A stretch of 64,000 bases of DNA, taken from a bacterium (GTDB lineage Bacteria; Zhuqueibacterota; Zhuqueibacteria; Oceanimicrobiales; Oceanimicrobiaceae). Made by a program: the position numbers and the translations under genes. Location: NCBI GenBank assembly GCA_037446635.1, contig JBBIIG010000010.1, positions 1 to 64,000 of the forward strand, read 5' to 3'. Under the pieces are notes generated by a model. That model worked only from the letters and a program-made list of their open reading frames with translations. It was not told where the DNA came from and did no database searches. Positions 27,257 through 38,021 of this stretch are shown piece after piece (the stretch's first letter is position 1; each line of letters starts with the position of its first letter).

Positions 27257-28636
27257 ATGCTCAAAGAACTCCTCGGCCCCGAAATTCGCGAACTCATCCA
27301 AAACAAAGACTATAACGGCTTAAAGGAGGGCGTGTCGGAATGGGAGGCCCCGGAGGTTGCTGATTTATTATTAAGCCTTCCGGAAGAAGACCAGCCTATT
27401 TTGTTTCGGCTTCTTCCTCGCCAAAAAGCTGCCGATGTGTTCGCTTATCTCCCTTCCGAGCAGCAACAGCAATTACTGCAGAGTCTGACCACCGACCATG
27501 TCCGCCACCTGTTGAACGAACTCGATCCCGACGATCGTACCAAGCTATTTGAAGAGCTACCGGCGCCCGTAACTCAGCAGCTTCTCAATCTGCTTTCTCC
27601 GCAGGAATTAAAGCAAGCGCGCGAACTGCTGGGTTATCCGGAAGAAAGCGTCGGCCGTTTGATGACACCGGACTATGTGGCCATTCTGCCGGAATGGAAA
27701 GTCAGCCAGGCGTTGGAGCACATTCGTCGAAATGGCAAGGACGCGGAAACCGTCAACGTCATTTACGTGGTCGATCAAAACGGCAAGCTCATTGATGATT
27801 TGCGGCTGCGCTTCATCGTTCTGGCGGATCCCTCTCAAAGCGTCGCCTCGATTATGGATCATCATTACGTGGCCTTATCGGCCTACGACGATCGCGAAGT
27901 CGCAACCAAATTGATGCAAGATTACGACCGGGTGGCGCTGCCGGTTACGGACTCCGAAGGGACGTTGATTGGCATCGTCACCGTCGATGATATTCTCGAC
28001 GTCATTCAAGCCGAGGCCACCGAAGACATCCACAAACTCGGCGGTTTGGAGGCCATCGACACGCCCTACATTCAAACGCCGTTTCCCACATTAATTAAAA
28101 AGCGGGCGCGCTGGTTGGTTGTCCTGTTTCTGGGTGAGATGTTGACGGCCACCGCGATGGGTTATTTCGAAGAAGAAATTGCCCGCGCCGTGGTGTTAGC
28201 GTTGTTTGTGCCGTTGATCATTTCCAGCGGCGGCAACAGCGGCTCGCAGGCCGCCACGCTCATCATCCGCGCCATGGCCGTCGGCGAGATTACTCTGCGC
28301 GATTGGTGGCGCGTGATGCGACGCGAGGTGTTTTCGGGGCTGGCGCTGGGATCAATTCTCGGCGCAATTGGCTTTCTTCGCATTACCATCTGGGAACACC
28401 TTTTTCATCTTTATGGCGACCACTGGATACTCATCGGGATTACCGTCGGGTTGGCGCTGGTGGGGGTGGTGCTCTGGGGCACGCTCTCCGGCTCCATGCT
28501 GCCGTTTATCTTGCGGCGGCTGGGCGCCGACCCGGCGGCCTCATCGGCACCGTTCGTGGCCACACTGGTGGACGTGACGGGACTTGTCATATATTTCTCG
28601 GTGGCGGCGTTGATCTTGCGCGGGACGTTGCTTTGA
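27257..28636 (+). CDS. mgtE: Magnesium transporter MgtE
   Basis: YPEESVGRLMT, CBS pair, SSGGNSGSQ, DPAASSAPFVATLVDVTG. Confidence 0.95.
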   Translation: MLKELLGPEIRELIQNKDYNGLKEGVSEWEAPEVADLLLSLPEEDQPILFRLLPRQKAADVFAYLPSEQQQQLLQSLTTDHVRHLLNELDPDDRTKLFEELPAPVTQQLLNLLSPQELKQARELLGYPEESVGRLMTPDYVAILPEWKVSQALEHIRRNGKDAETVNVIYVVDQNGKLIDDLRLRFIVLADPSQSVASIMDHHYVALSAYDDREVATKLMQDYDRVALPVTDSEGTLIGIVTVDDILDVIQAEATEDIHKLGGLEAIDTPYIQTPFPTLIKKRARWLVVLFLGEMLTATAMGYFEEEIARAVVLALFVPLIISSGGNSGSQAATLIIRAMAVGEITLRDWWRVMRREVFSGLALGSILGAIGFLRITIWEHLFHLYGDHWILIGITVGLALVGVVLWGTLSGSMLPFILRRLGADPAASSAPFVATLVDVTGLVIYFSVAALILRGTLL

Positions 28637-28734
28637 CCTTGTTAAGAAAGCAGTTCTATTCATTCCTGAATCCAATATTGGCTTGCTAAACGCACATAAA
28701 AACCGTGAATTTATCAAAAGCATGGGAGGAGACG

Positions 28735-30036
28735 ATGCCAACCAGACGCCAGTTTTTGGAAACGATAACTCGACCGGCGATGGCCGCGGCCGTCGTTGCC
28801 CTGTTCGAGCCGCTGGCGATTCGCCGCGTTCTTGAAGCCGCGGAACGCCTGACTGGGAGTCCGGAAGAAATTGCCGCGGACGAGTCGTTCTGGTTCGAGG
28901 TGCAGCAGGCGTTCAACGTCGATCGCAGCATCATCAATTTGAACAACGGCGGCGTCAGCCCCGCGCCGGAACTGGTGCAGGAGGCGCTGAAGCGCTACCT
29001 CGACTATTCCAACGCCGCGCCGGTTTACACCATGTGGCGCATCCTCGAGCCGCAGCGCGAAACCGTGCGCCAGCGCCTCGCCCGCACGTTCGGCTGCGGC
29101 GGCGAGGAGATCGCGATCACCCGCAACGCCTCCGAAGGCCTGCTGATTTGCCAGTTGGGATTCGATCTCAAACCCGGCGACGAAGTGCTCACCACCAATC
29201 AGGATTATCCGCGCATGATCACCACCTTCAAACAGCGCGCGCGCCGCGACGGGATCGTACTCAAGCAATTTTCGATTCCTATCCCGTGCGAAAATGACGG
29301 CGAGATTGTGGCGCGTTTTGAAAAAAACATCTCCCCAAAAACCCGGTTGATTTTGATTTCTCACATGATCAACATCACCGGCCAAATTTTGCCGGTGAAA
29401 GCGGTGGTACAGATGGCGCGCGAAAAAGGCATCCCCGTGATTGTCGATGGCGCGCATTCCTTCGCCCATTTCGATTTTGATCATTCTGATCTCGATTGTG
29501 ATTACTTCGCCACCAGCTTGCACAAGTGGCTGTTTGCGCCGCACGGCTCCGGGATGCTTTTTGTGCGCAAAGAAAAAATCCCCGGGCTCTGGCCGATGAT
29601 GCCGGCGCCGGACTCGATGGACAACGACATCCGCAAGTTCGAGGAAATCGGCACCCACCCGGCGGCGAATTTTTTGGCCATCGGCCAGGCGCTGACCTTT
29701 CACGAAGGCATCGGCGCCCGGCGGAAAGCGGCGCGGATGGTTTATCTGCGCAACCGCTGGGCGCAGCGGCTTTTGCAGCACGAGCGCGTGCGGCTGCACA
29801 CCAGCCTCAAACCGGGCTTTGCCTGCGGCCTGGCGACGGTGCAAATCGAGGGCATCGATTCCGTGGAATTGAGCAACTATTTGTGGAAAGATTTTCGCAT
29901 CCTGGTGACCCCAATTCAACACGATGAATTCGAAGGGATTCGCGTGACACCCAACGTTTACACGACTCTTGAAGAAATCGATTACTTTTGTGATGTCATG
30001 GAAACCATCATCAAGAAAGGACTGCCAAAATCATGA
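28735..30036 (+). CDS. Tat-exported class V PLP enzyme (isopenicillin-N epimerase/cysteine desulfurase-like)
   Basis: TRRQFL Tat motif; NLNNGG, VDGAHS, SLHKW (PLP lysine). Confidence 0.85.
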   Translation: MPTRRQFLETITRPAMAAAVVALFEPLAIRRVLEAAERLTGSPEEIAADESFWFEVQQAFNVDRSIINLNNGGVSPAPELVQEALKRYLDYSNAAPVYTMWRILEPQRETVRQRLARTFGCGGEEIAITRNASEGLLICQLGFDLKPGDEVLTTNQDYPRMITTFKQRARRDGIVLKQFSIPIPCENDGEIVARFEKNISPKTRLILISHMINITGQILPVKAVVQMAREKGIPVIVDGAHSFAHFDFDHSDLDCDYFATSLHKWLFAPHGSGMLFVRKEKIPGLWPMMPAPDSMDNDIRKFEEIGTHPAANFLAIGQALTFHEGIGARRKAARMVYLRNRWAQRLLQHERVRLHTSLKPGFACGLATVQIEGIDSVELSNYLWKDFRILVTPIQHDEFEGIRVTPNVYTTLEEIDYFCDVMETIIKKGLPKS

Positions 30037-30467
30037 AACGCGTACTTCTTGTTTTCGCCGGACTCATTGGCTGCGCGGCTCAGCCGATCGATCGCGAAGT
30101 GATTTCCACGCCCAACGCGCCGGCCGCGATTGCGCCGTATTCGCAGGGCATTCGCGTCGGCAACACGCTGTATGTTTCCGGACAAATCGGCGTCGATCCG
30201 GCGACGCGCGAATTTGTGCCGGGCGGCATCGCGGAGCAAACGCAGCAAGTGATCAAAAACATTCAGGCCGTGTTGGAGGCGGCCGGATTTTCGTTGGAAG
30301 ATGTAGTGCAGAGCCAGGTCTTTCTTGCGGACCTCAACCACTACGCCGCCATGAACGAAGTTTATGGCTCGTATTTCAAAACCGCCCCGCCAGCGCGCGC
30401 CGCGCTGCAGGTGGCGCGCTTGCCGAAAGACGCTCTGATTGAAATCATCGTGGTGGCGGTGAAGTGA
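30033..30467 (+). CDS. RidA/YjgF family protein with lipoprotein signal
   Basis: APAAIAPYSQG, YVSGQI, MNEVY, PPARAALQVARLP..IEI; N-terminal MKRVLLVFAGLIGC lipobox. Confidence 0.9.
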   Translation: MKRVLLVFAGLIGCAAQPIDREVISTPNAPAAIAPYSQGIRVGNTLYVSGQIGVDPATREFVPGGIAEQTQQVIKNIQAVLEAAGFSLEDVVQSQVFLADLNHYAAMNEVYGSYFKTAPPARAALQVARLPKDALIEIIVVAVK

Positions 30468-30484
30468 GAGGCAAATGATGTCGT

Positions 30485-30592
30485 AAATGCCAGGCACTTT
30501 GAAAGTGCCTGGCATTTGTCCGTCTGTCAGGCACTTTGAAAGTGCCTGGCATTTGTCCGTCTGTCAGGCACTTTCAAAGTGCCTGGCATTTG
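30485..30592. repeat. Three tandem copies (37-bp period) of the TGCCAGGCAC REP palindrome
   Basis: Units start at 30491, 30528 and 30565 with identical linkers. Confidence 0.85.
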
Positions 30593-30633
30593 TTCACGTT
30601 TAAACGACCCAATCAACTCACAAAGGAGAAACC

Positions 30634-31434
30634 ATGACTGAAGAGACAAAGAAATCCAACAAGGGGTGTTTGATGGCGCTGGCGGCCGTTGGCGTGCTGA
30701 TGATTTTAGGATATTTTGGGGTGATGTATTTTTTTAATAAAGCCAAGACGGCGGTAGAAGGTTTTGCCGAAGGGCTGGGCGCCTCGCCGAAAATGATCGA
30801 AGAGGTAAAATCTCTGAATGCGGACTTCCCGTTTGAGAAGCCGGCGAACAACATGATCTCCGAAAGCCAGGTGCAAAAGTTCATCGCCATCAAACAGGAT
30901 TTTGCCGGCAGAATTAAAGAACACGAAGCCGCGTTTAAAGATTTAGACGAGCGCACAAAAGCCGGCGAGGGCGGCTACAAAGAGGCGATGGAGGGCTTCA
31001 AGATTTTGGGGGAGATTCGCCGCGACTTTTTGCAGTCGCTGAAAAATCATCGCATGTCTCCGAAAGAATATTCGTATCTCACGACGCAAATTTATCAAAC
31101 CTATTTTGCGGCGGCGGTGGAGCAGATGTCGGAATCGATGGAAACGGCGCAGACAAATTACTCCGAGCAGATTGCGCAGGTCGAGCAGCAGCTTAACGAT
31201 CCGAATCTCACTCCGGAAATGAAGCAGATGTTGGAAGCCACCCTCGAAAGTTACAAGCAGTTGATGGCGCAAACGGAAAGCAGCGTGGCGGGCATGCAGG
31301 AGCAGGCCGAAAAGCTGCCGCCGGAGAATATCGAGCTTTTGAATAAATACCGTTCAGAGCTGGAACAGCTCAACACCTGGGGTTGGGAATTTTGGGGCTT
31401 GCCGATGATCGCGGTGGGATCAGAGGAATATTAG
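30634..31434 (+). CDS. Membrane-anchored hypothetical protein, helical/coiled-coil
   Basis: AAGGAG RBS; KKSNKGCL followed by one TM helix. Confidence 0.7.
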   Translation: MTEETKKSNKGCLMALAAVGVLMILGYFGVMYFFNKAKTAVEGFAEGLGASPKMIEEVKSLNADFPFEKPANNMISESQVQKFIAIKQDFAGRIKEHEAAFKDLDERTKAGEGGYKEAMEGFKILGEIRRDFLQSLKNHRMSPKEYSYLTTQIYQTYFAAAVEQMSESMETAQTNYSEQIAQVEQQLNDPNLTPEMKQMLEATLESYKQLMAQTESSVAGMQEQAEKLPPENIELLNKYRSELEQLNTWGWEFWGLPMIAVGSEEY

Positions 31435-31444
31435 ACCGGCTGCG

Positions 31445-31495
31445 AAATGAAAAGGCTGCCGACGCCGCGTTGCGAGGCAGCCTTTTTCATTTTTT
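31445..31495. terminator. Bidirectional intrinsic terminator
   Basis: AAAAGGCTGCC...GGCAGCCTTTT between convergent genes. Confidence 0.75.
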
Positions 31496-31501
31496 GTTTG
31501 A

Positions 31502-32707
31502 TTACTCGTTGGTGAGGTTGGGCTTGGAAATCCGGTACCGCCGCGCGCCGCCTTTATCGACGCTGTCATAGACGATCAAAAATTCAAACGAGCCGTTGCG
31601 CTCGTTGACGACGGTGACGCCTTCGGCCTTCGCGCCCTCGGCGGTAGGAATTTCACACATGTAAATGCACTGCCCGGCGGGTTCGCCGTCATCCCGTTTG
31701 CCGGGGAGGCAGTCGCGGCCGTCCCAAAAATAAAGTTGATACGAGCCGGGGCCGTCGCCGACGGGGCCGGCTAAAATCAGGAAGCCGTCGCCGGCGCGGA
31801 CGATATCGCGCACGCCGCGGCCGCCGAGGTTTACAAATAGCAGCTCGTACTCGTCCATCTCTTTGGAAAATTTCGAGACCAGCACCGGCGCGTAGTTTCC
31901 GCGCAGCACCGGTCCGCGAAATCCGAAATAGAGCCAGCCGTTTTTGACCGCGATGCCCTCGATGTCCACGCCGTTTTCTTTGCCGGGAACCCGGCTGAAC
32001 ACTTTCAGGACTTTATTTTTTGTAATGATATTTCGCAAACTGGTTCGTTTGATGCCGCCGGCAACGTTGCCCGCGGCGTCGATCTTAAAATGAAAAACAT
32101 AATCCCGGCTCTGCTCAAAAAGAACTTGCTCAATCTGCTTGCGATTTTTTTTGTAGCTGCGTTCAGCTTTCATTTTCGGCCGTTTCCAGGAATGTGAGCC
32201 GACGATGAAAATGAGGTTGTCCTCGCAGGCAATGCCTTCGATGTCAACTTCGCGGCCGTCGTCATTTAACAGGATGTCGTGCAACAGTTGGTAGCGGCGG
32301 CCGCTGCGCTTGAAAATTTGAATTTTGTTGCCTTCGTCGGAGCCGATCAGCAGCAGGTCGCCGACGATCCCCAGCGCGCTGACGTTGCCGGCCTCATAAA
32401 CTTCTCCCAGAAATTCGACTTCACCCAAAAACTGCGGGTGATTTTCAAACGAGCTAACTTGTTGGTGGACGCATTGCCAGTCGCCCTCGGAGGTTTGCTC
32501 GAAAATTTTGATGCTGTGCGATCGCTCGGATTTATCCAACGGGCGGACCAACACACCCAGGGTGCGGCGGCCGGCAAATTCTCCCAGTGGAATGTTGCGC
32601 AGGAAAGAAACCCAATCGGGTTCGGCGTTCAGCCGTTTGCCATTTTTTGCGGATTTTACGATCGTTTGCGGCTGATCGCTCAAAATAACCGGGGTGTCGT
32701 TTTTCAT
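31502..32707 (-). CDS. DUF3616-family (beta-propeller-like) protein
   Basis: EVDIEG, GSHS, ENGVDIEG, GFRGPVLRG, LGGRGVRD, KAEG, IVYDS motifs. Confidence 0.75.
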   Translation of the reverse strand: MKNDTPVILSDQPQTIVKSAKNGKRLNAEPDWVSFLRNIPLGEFAGRRTLGVLVRPLDKSERSHSIKIFEQTSEGDWQCVHQQVSSFENHPQFLGEVEFLGEVYEAGNVSALGIVGDLLLIGSDEGNKIQIFKRSGRRYQLLHDILLNDDGREVDIEGIACEDNLIFIVGSHSWKRPKMKAERSYKKNRKQIEQVLFEQSRDYVFHFKIDAAGNVAGGIKRTSLRNIITKNKVLKVFSRVPGKENGVDIEGIAVKNGWLYFGFRGPVLRGNYAPVLVSKFSKEMDEYELLFVNLGGRGVRDIVRAGDGFLILAGPVGDGPGSYQLYFWDGRDCLPGKRDDGEPAGQCIYMCEIPTAEGAKAEGVTVVNERNGSFEFLIVYDSVDKGGARRYRISKPNLTNE

Positions 32708-32930
32708 AAAGTGCTCTCTTCGGTTTGAAGTTTTTTTTGGATTAGTCCAGAGAAATTACAGAAGAAAGTGGAGTAGAGCAACGGCAAAAAAATCTGGGCC
32801 GCAGCTTTCAAAAAACTAACGCATACGATACTTGCAAACAAAACGCTTTGCGCATATTCCCAGCGCGGCAAAGCCGCAGTGATAACTAATCAAGCACGTC
32901 TTAACTAAAGGAGGGCGTGCCAATCGAAGC

Positions 32931-32998
32931 GGAGTAACGGAGTAATGGAGTAATGGATCAATGGCAGTTAGTTCCAGTACTCCAAAACTTCATTACTC
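32931..32998. repeat. 8-bp tandem repeat GGAGTAA(C/T) x3 with an inverted degenerate counterpart
   Basis: GGAGTAACGGAGTAATGGAGTAATGGA ... TCCAGTACTCCAAAACTTCATTACTC. Confidence 0.6.
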
Positions 32999-33227
32999 TA
33001 GCTTGATGCCTGGCAATTTTTAGAGTGTCAATTCTTTGCAAAAAAATGCAAACTCTTATTGGGAATACTATAAACAGGCGGCCCCAAAAAAGCCCTTGAC
33101 TTTTTGAGTTTATACAACTATATTGCACCACAACTTTATATCGTGGTTAGTGCAGTATCTCACACACTGTATATAGTATCTAAGCCAAATTCTCCAAATT
33201 TAACACCTTTAACAACAGGGGCTAACC

Positions 33228-36200
33228 TTGTACTTAGAAAGCCTGGAAATTCACGGGTTCAAATCCTTCGGCAAGAAAACCAAATTTAAATTCACCGACG
33301 GCATCACGGCCATTGTGGGGCCGAACGGCTGCGGCAAAAGCAACGTGGTGGATGCGCTGCGCTGGGTTTTGGGCGAGCAAAAGGCTGGCATCATTCGCAG
33401 CGAGCGCATGGAAAATGTCATTTTCAACGGCGCCAAAACCATCAAGCCGCTGGGAATGGCGGAGGCCTCGGTGACCATTCAAAATACCAAAAATGTTTTG
33501 CCCATCGAATATTCTGAAGTGGTGATCACCCGGCGGCTGTTCCGCTCCGGCGAAAGCCAGTACCTCATCAATCACAGCCCCTGCCGTTTGAAAGACATTC
33601 AGGATTTGTTCATGGACACCGGGCTCGGCCCGGACGCCTATTCCATCATGGAGCTCAGCATGGTGGAGTCGATCATCAACGGCAAGCCGGAAGATCGCCG
33701 CCGAATTTTTGAGGAGGCCGCGGGCGTCACGAAATACAAAGTTCGCCGCAAAGCCGCGCTGCGCAAGTTGGAAGCTACCGAAGCCGATCTCGTGCGCTTG
33801 AACGACATTCTCAGCGAAGTGGAGAAAAACGTTTCTTCGCTGCAGCGGCAGGTGAAACGCGCCCAGCGCTACCAGGAATTGAAAGAAATTCTAAAAGGAA
33901 AAGAAATTCAATTAGCGACGCACGAATTCTCTAAAATCAAAATGGAGCTGGAGCCGCTGTTTGCCAAACTGCACGAGACGCAGGATCAGCGCGCGCAGTT
34001 GACCGCGCAATTCGACGAAAAGGAAGCGCACATCGAACAGGCGCGGCTGACGCTTTTGGAAACCGAGCGGCGGTTGAGCGCCCAGCAAAAGCAGCTCAAC
34101 GAGCTGACGGCGCGCATCCAGAAAAAAGAGGAAGAAATTCTGGTGGACCGCGAGCGCCGCAAAGCCCTCGAAGAAGCGAAGGTGCGCTTGTTGCGCGATA
34201 AAGAAGAAGTCGCGGCGCGCATCGAAAAAACTCAAATCGAAATTGGCCATCTCAAAGAAAATCTGCAGGGGTTGTTTGAAAAAATTCAGGCGGCGGAAAG
34301 CGACTTTCAAGATAAGAATGTGAATTTGAAAGCAATGGAAGTCAATGTGCAGGATCGCCGCGACAAATTGAAAGGGATCGAAAAGCAGCGCCTGCTGGCC
34401 GCGGAGAGTCTGACCAAAAGCAAGCAGGAAGAAGAGCGCATTCGCACGCAATTGGAAAACCTCGCGGCGCGCATCGCGGCCATCGATCGCGAGCTGGAGG
34501 AGAGCGAATTGCTGGAACGGGTGCGGCAGGATAAGATCGAAAACCTCAACACCAGGCGCGGCGAATTGACCTCGCACTTGCAGCAGATGCGCAGCGCGCA
34601 GTCGGCCCTGCAAAAGCAGATGCAGAATTTGAAATCGGAAAAGGAAAATCTTAAGGAACAAATTCTGAACCGGCGCGCCGAATTGCAAACGTTGAAAGAA
34701 CGCATCGAGCTTTTGAAAAAATTTATCGAGTCGTATGAAGATCACCCCGAGGGCGTGCAGCATCTTTTGCTGCAGGGCTATTTGAACGGCAATTGTAAAG
34801 GCACGCTGGCGGAAAATCTCACCGTGGAATCGCAGTACCGGCGCGCCATCGAAACCGCGCTGGGCGAGGCGGCGGTTTCGCTGATTGTTGATGAAACCGA
34901 TCAGGCGCTGCAGTGCATCGACGTGCTGCGCTCGTCGGAGAAAGGCGCGGTAACGTTTTTCCCGCTCGATAAATTTCGCGGTTACCGCAACGGCCGCACT
35001 GCCCGCAACGAGGAAATCCGATCCAGCCTCGGCGCCGGCGTGATCGATTGGGCGTACAATCTCGTCAATTGCAGCGACGATTACCGCCGGCTGGTGGAGG
35101 CGCTGCTGGCCGATTATCTGATCGTCTCCGATCTCGAAACCGCGAAATCGCAGGCCGAGCGCCTGCACGATCACCGCATCAGCTTGATCACCCTCAGCGG
35201 CGAAGTCATCTCCACCTGGGGTTTGATCAAAGGCGGGGCGCAGGGCGAAAGCGGCGTCATTGGCCGCAAAGCGCTGGTGGAAGAATTGGAAACGAAATCA
35301 AAAAATTTGTTTGCGCAATTGGAAGACGAAGAACGCCGGCATCACGATCTCGAAATTCAATACCAGGAATCGTTCAACCGCGATCAGGATCTCTCGCAAC
35401 AAATTAAATCCAAAGAATCTGAAATCACCGAAACCGAAGTGCAATTGGCGCAGCTTCATTTCGAGTCCAAAAAGGATTTTGAATTGCGCGAGCGCCTTTC
35501 AAAGGAAAAGGAAACCCACCGCCAAACTCAGGTTGAATTGCAGGAGAAAATTTCTGTGATGGCGCCCGCGCTCGACGGCGTCGAAATCAGCCGCGGAAAA
35601 TTCAACGCTGAGTTCCAGCAAATTTCTGACGAGCTCCTGCAACTGGAAACGCAGCTCGAGGAATACCGCGCGGTGGTGCAGGACAGCCGGGTGAAGCTGG
35701 CGGATTTGAAAAGCGAGGAGCGGCACGTGCAGGAAGATATCAGCCGGCAGCAGGAGTTCATTCGCGAGTGGCGCGCCACGCTGCAGCGCCACGCCGATGA
35801 AATAGCCGCCGCCGAAAATGAGTCGGTGGAATTGGAAAAACGCATCGAGTTGAACAAGCAGTCGATTGCGGCGGAGCTGGACGAGCGCATGAAAATGGAA
35901 GCCGACGTGCTGCAGCTCGAACAGTATTACGCCGGCGAGAAAGAGAAAATCGATGTTCAGGACAAATTGGTGAAGCAGATCCGCAACGAGCGCGACGCGG
36001 TTTCCGAGACGCTGCACAGCGCCGAGCTGCGCGCCTCGGAGTTGAAGATGCAGGCGGAGCGTATCAAAGAAAGAATTAAAGAAGAATATAAAATTGAAAT
36101 TCAGGCCGGGCCAATTGACGAAACTTTGGATATCGCCGCGCTCGCCGAAGACATTGCCGCGATGAAAGATCGCATTGCGGCGATGGAGCCGGTCAATTTG

Positions 36201-36812
36201 TTGGCGCTCAAGGAATTCGAAAAAGAGAAAGAACGGCTCGATTTTCTGACGGCGCAGAAAAACGATCTCATCACCGCGGAAAACAACCTCAAAGACACCA
36301 TCCGCGTCATCAACAAAACCGCGCGCGAGCAGTTTTTGGCGGTGTTTGGACAAATTCAAAAAAATTTCGCGGACGTGTTCGCCGGATTTTTTACCAACGG
36401 CAAGGCCGCTCTGAAATTAGCCGACAACGAAGATCCGCTGGAAGCTGAAATTCTCATCGAAGCCGACCCCAAAGGCCGGCGGGTGGCGGCGCTGTCGTTG
36501 CTATCCGGCGGCGAAAAAGCGCTGACCGCCATTTCGCTGCTGTTCGCCATTTATCTCGTTAAGCCCAGCCCGTTCTGCATCCTCGACGAAGTGGATGCGC
36601 CGCTGGACGATTCCAACATCGGGCGCTTTGTCAACGCCATCCGCAAGTTTTCCAACAACACCCAGTTCATCGTGGTCACCCACAACAAGCTGACGATGCG
36701 CGCCGCGGATTGTCTGTACGGCATCACCATGGAAGAGGAGGGGGTGTCGAAAGTGGTGTCGGTGAATTTCAAGGACATGGAGGTGGGGGAGCGGCCGGCC
36801 AAGGCGGCGTAA
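33228..36812 (+). CDS. smc: Chromosome segregation protein SMC
   Basis: [14 protein letters not shown], long coiled coils, hinge, [18 protein letters not shown] start. Confidence 0.97.
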   Translation: MYLESLEIHGFKSFGKKTKFKFTDGITAIVGPNGCGKSNVVDALRWVLGEQKAGIIRSERMENVIFNGAKTIKPLGMAEASVTIQNTKNVLPIEYSEVVITRRLFRSGESQYLINHSPCRLKDIQDLFMDTGLGPDAYSIMELSMVESIINGKPEDRRRIFEEAAGVTKYKVRRKAALRKLEATEADLVRLNDILSEVEKNVSSLQRQVKRAQRYQELKEILKGKEIQLATHEFSKIKMELEPLFAKLHETQDQRAQLTAQFDEKEAHIEQARLTLLETERRLSAQQKQLNELTARIQKKEEEILVDRERRKALEEAKVRLLRDKEEVAARIEKTQIEIGHLKENLQGLFEKIQAAESDFQDKNVNLKAMEVNVQDRRDKLKGIEKQRLLAAESLTKSKQEEERIRTQLENLAARIAAIDRELEESELLERVRQDKIENLNTRRGELTSHLQQMRSAQSALQKQMQNLKSEKENLKEQILNRRAELQTLKERIELLKKFIESYEDHPEGVQHLLLQGYLNGNCKGTLAENLTVESQYRRAIETALGEAAVSLIVDETDQALQCIDVLRSSEKGAVTFFPLDKFRGYRNGRTARNEEIRSSLGAGVIDWAYNLVNCSDDYRRLVEALLADYLIVSDLETAKSQAERLHDHRISLITLSGEVISTWGLIKGGAQGESGVIGRKALVEELETKSKNLFAQLEDEERRHHDLEIQYQESFNRDQDLSQQIKSKESEITETEVQLAQLHFESKKDFELRERLSKEKETHRQTQVELQEKISVMAPALDGVEISRGKFNAEFQQISDELLQLETQLEEYRAVVQDSRVKLADLKSEERHVQEDISRQQEFIREWRATLQRHADEIAAAENESVELEKRIELNKQSIAAELDERMKMEADVLQLEQYYAGEKEKIDVQDKLVKQIRNERDAVSETLHSAELRASELKMQAERIKERIKEEYKIEIQAGPIDETLDIAALAEDIAAMKDRIAAMEPVNLLALKEFEKEKERLDFLTAQKNDLITAENNLKDTIRVINKTAREQFLAVFGQIQKNFADVFAGFFTNGKAALKLADNEDPLEAEILIEADPKGRRVAALSLLSGGEKALTAISLLFAIYLVKPSPFCILDEVDAPLDDSNIGRFVNAIRKFSNNTQFIVVTHNKLTMRAADCLYGITMEEEGVSKVVSVNFKDMEVGERPAKAA

Positions 36813-36842
36813 TCCGTCCATTTCGATATAAATTAGAATGCC

Positions 36843-36880
36843 GCCCCGGAGTCACTAAAGACTTCGGGGTTTTTGTTTTG
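36843..36880 (+). terminator. Intrinsic terminator after smc
   Basis: GCCCCGGAGTC-ACTAAA-GACTTCGGGGT followed by a T run. Confidence 0.7.
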
Positions 36881-36958
36881 TGCAAACTTTTCTTGACTTG
36901 ACTTGACAAGATATCTTATGTAAAATCTTAACGGTAAATTTCTTGAGAGAGGTACAAA

Positions 36959-37192
36959 ATGAAAGAAAGAGTTTCTGTAAATCCCAACATTCACTTTGGG
37001 AAGCCTTGTGTGACCGGCACTCGAATTACCGTGCAGAGTGTTTTAGAGTTGGTAAAAGAGGGACTTCCCTTTGAAGAAATAATTCAGGACTATTATCCCG
37101 ATCTTGAACCGGAAGATATTAAAGCCTGTATCCAGTACGCTATGGATGTCATTGAAGCGGAAGATATCCACATCACAACGGCAGCAGCATGA
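36959..37192 (+). CDS. DUF433 antitoxin
   Basis: VNPNIHFGKPCVTGTRITV..YPDL..EDIKACIQYA. Confidence 0.9.
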   Translation: MKERVSVNPNIHFGKPCVTGTRITVQSVLELVKEGLPFEEIIQDYYPDLEPEDIKACIQYAMDVIEAEDIHITTAAA

Positions 37193-37541
37193 AATTTCTT
37201 CTGGATCAAGATGTTTACTCGGTATCACGGAAATTTCTAATAAGCTTAAAACATGACGTTGTGCCAGTAGCTCATTTTGGCCTATCACGGGCAGACGACG
37301 CCGACTTACTCAAGCGAGCAGAGAAGGAGAATCGAATATTTGTAACAAGGGATAGAGATTTTGGAAATCTGGTTTTTGTGAGCGGGTTAAAAACTGGCGT
37401 CATTTATCTCCGCATACTACCTTTACTATACACTCTGTACACGAAGAACTTCAGAGAGTATTGAAATCGTATTCTGAAAATGAGTTGAAGAAAGCTTTTG
37501 TTGTAGTTGAATCTGGAAGACATAGATTTAGAAAGCTTTGA
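37189..37541 (+). pseudogene. DUF5615/Mut7-C-like PIN toxin, frameshifted near 37422
   Basis: MKFLLDQDV, DDADLL, VTRDRDFG; the expected C-terminus (TIHSVHEELQRVL..AFVVVESGRHRFRKL*) is in another frame. Confidence 0.7.
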
Positions 37542-37606
37542 ACTTAGCCCCCACCATCGAACCCGACAAACACCGCCTGCGAGTTTAGACTAAATGTAAC
37601 GTAACC

Positions 37607-37628
37607 CCGGAGCAATCCGGTTTTTTTT
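37607..37628 (+). terminator. Intrinsic terminator
   Basis: CCGGA-GCAA-TCCGG followed by T8. Confidence 0.55.
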
Positions 37629-37763
37629 AAGCTGTACATTTTCTCACACGCTTAATCCACTCATCCCGTTTTCTCCCTTTGACATACATTAATGTTTAAC
37701 CATTTGATGCCGATGTACCATTTGTAAAAAGTAACTTATGGTTTTAAAATAGAAGGATTGACG

Positions 37764-38021
37764 ATGAAGAGTATCATGTGGTTGAGCAGTTCTGAGGTGA
37801 CCCGCCGGCTCGATATCAGTCTGCGGCAGCTTTACTATTGGGAATTGAAGGGCATCGTGCGCCCGCGAATGATCACGATGGGCTCGCGCGAATTCAAGCG
37901 CTATTCGGGCCGCGATTTGGAAAAACTGCGCCGAATCAAAGAATTCTTGGACCAGGGATATACTCTCAATAGCGCCGTGCAGCGCGTGCAAACGCTCGAA
38001 ACCGTAAAGGTCGAGCCATGA
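37764..38021 (+). CDS. MerR-family HTH-only regulator
   Basis: EVTRRLDISLRQLYYWELKGIVRP..KRYS..DLEKLRRIK; ATGA overlap with pilD. Confidence 0.8.
   Translation: MKSIMWLSSSEVTRRLDISLRQLYYWELKGIVRPRMITMGSREFKRYSGRDLEKLRRIKEFLDQGYTLNSAVQRVQTLETVKVEP

Noticed and set aside
30485..30592. Possible mini-CRISPR array (palindromic repeats, 37-bp period)
   Set aside because: The linkers are identical and only about 10 bp, the repeat also occurs singly elsewhere, and there are no cas genes
32905..32925. Minus-strand TGGCAC as a sigma-54 promoter for the DUF3616 gene
   Set aside because: No TTGC/TTGT at the -12 position
33912..35174. Long antisense ORFs (also 28714-29922, 8574-9392, 35499-36359, 55246-56226)
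   Set aside because: Shadow frames of well-supported genes in GC-rich DNA, with no motifs
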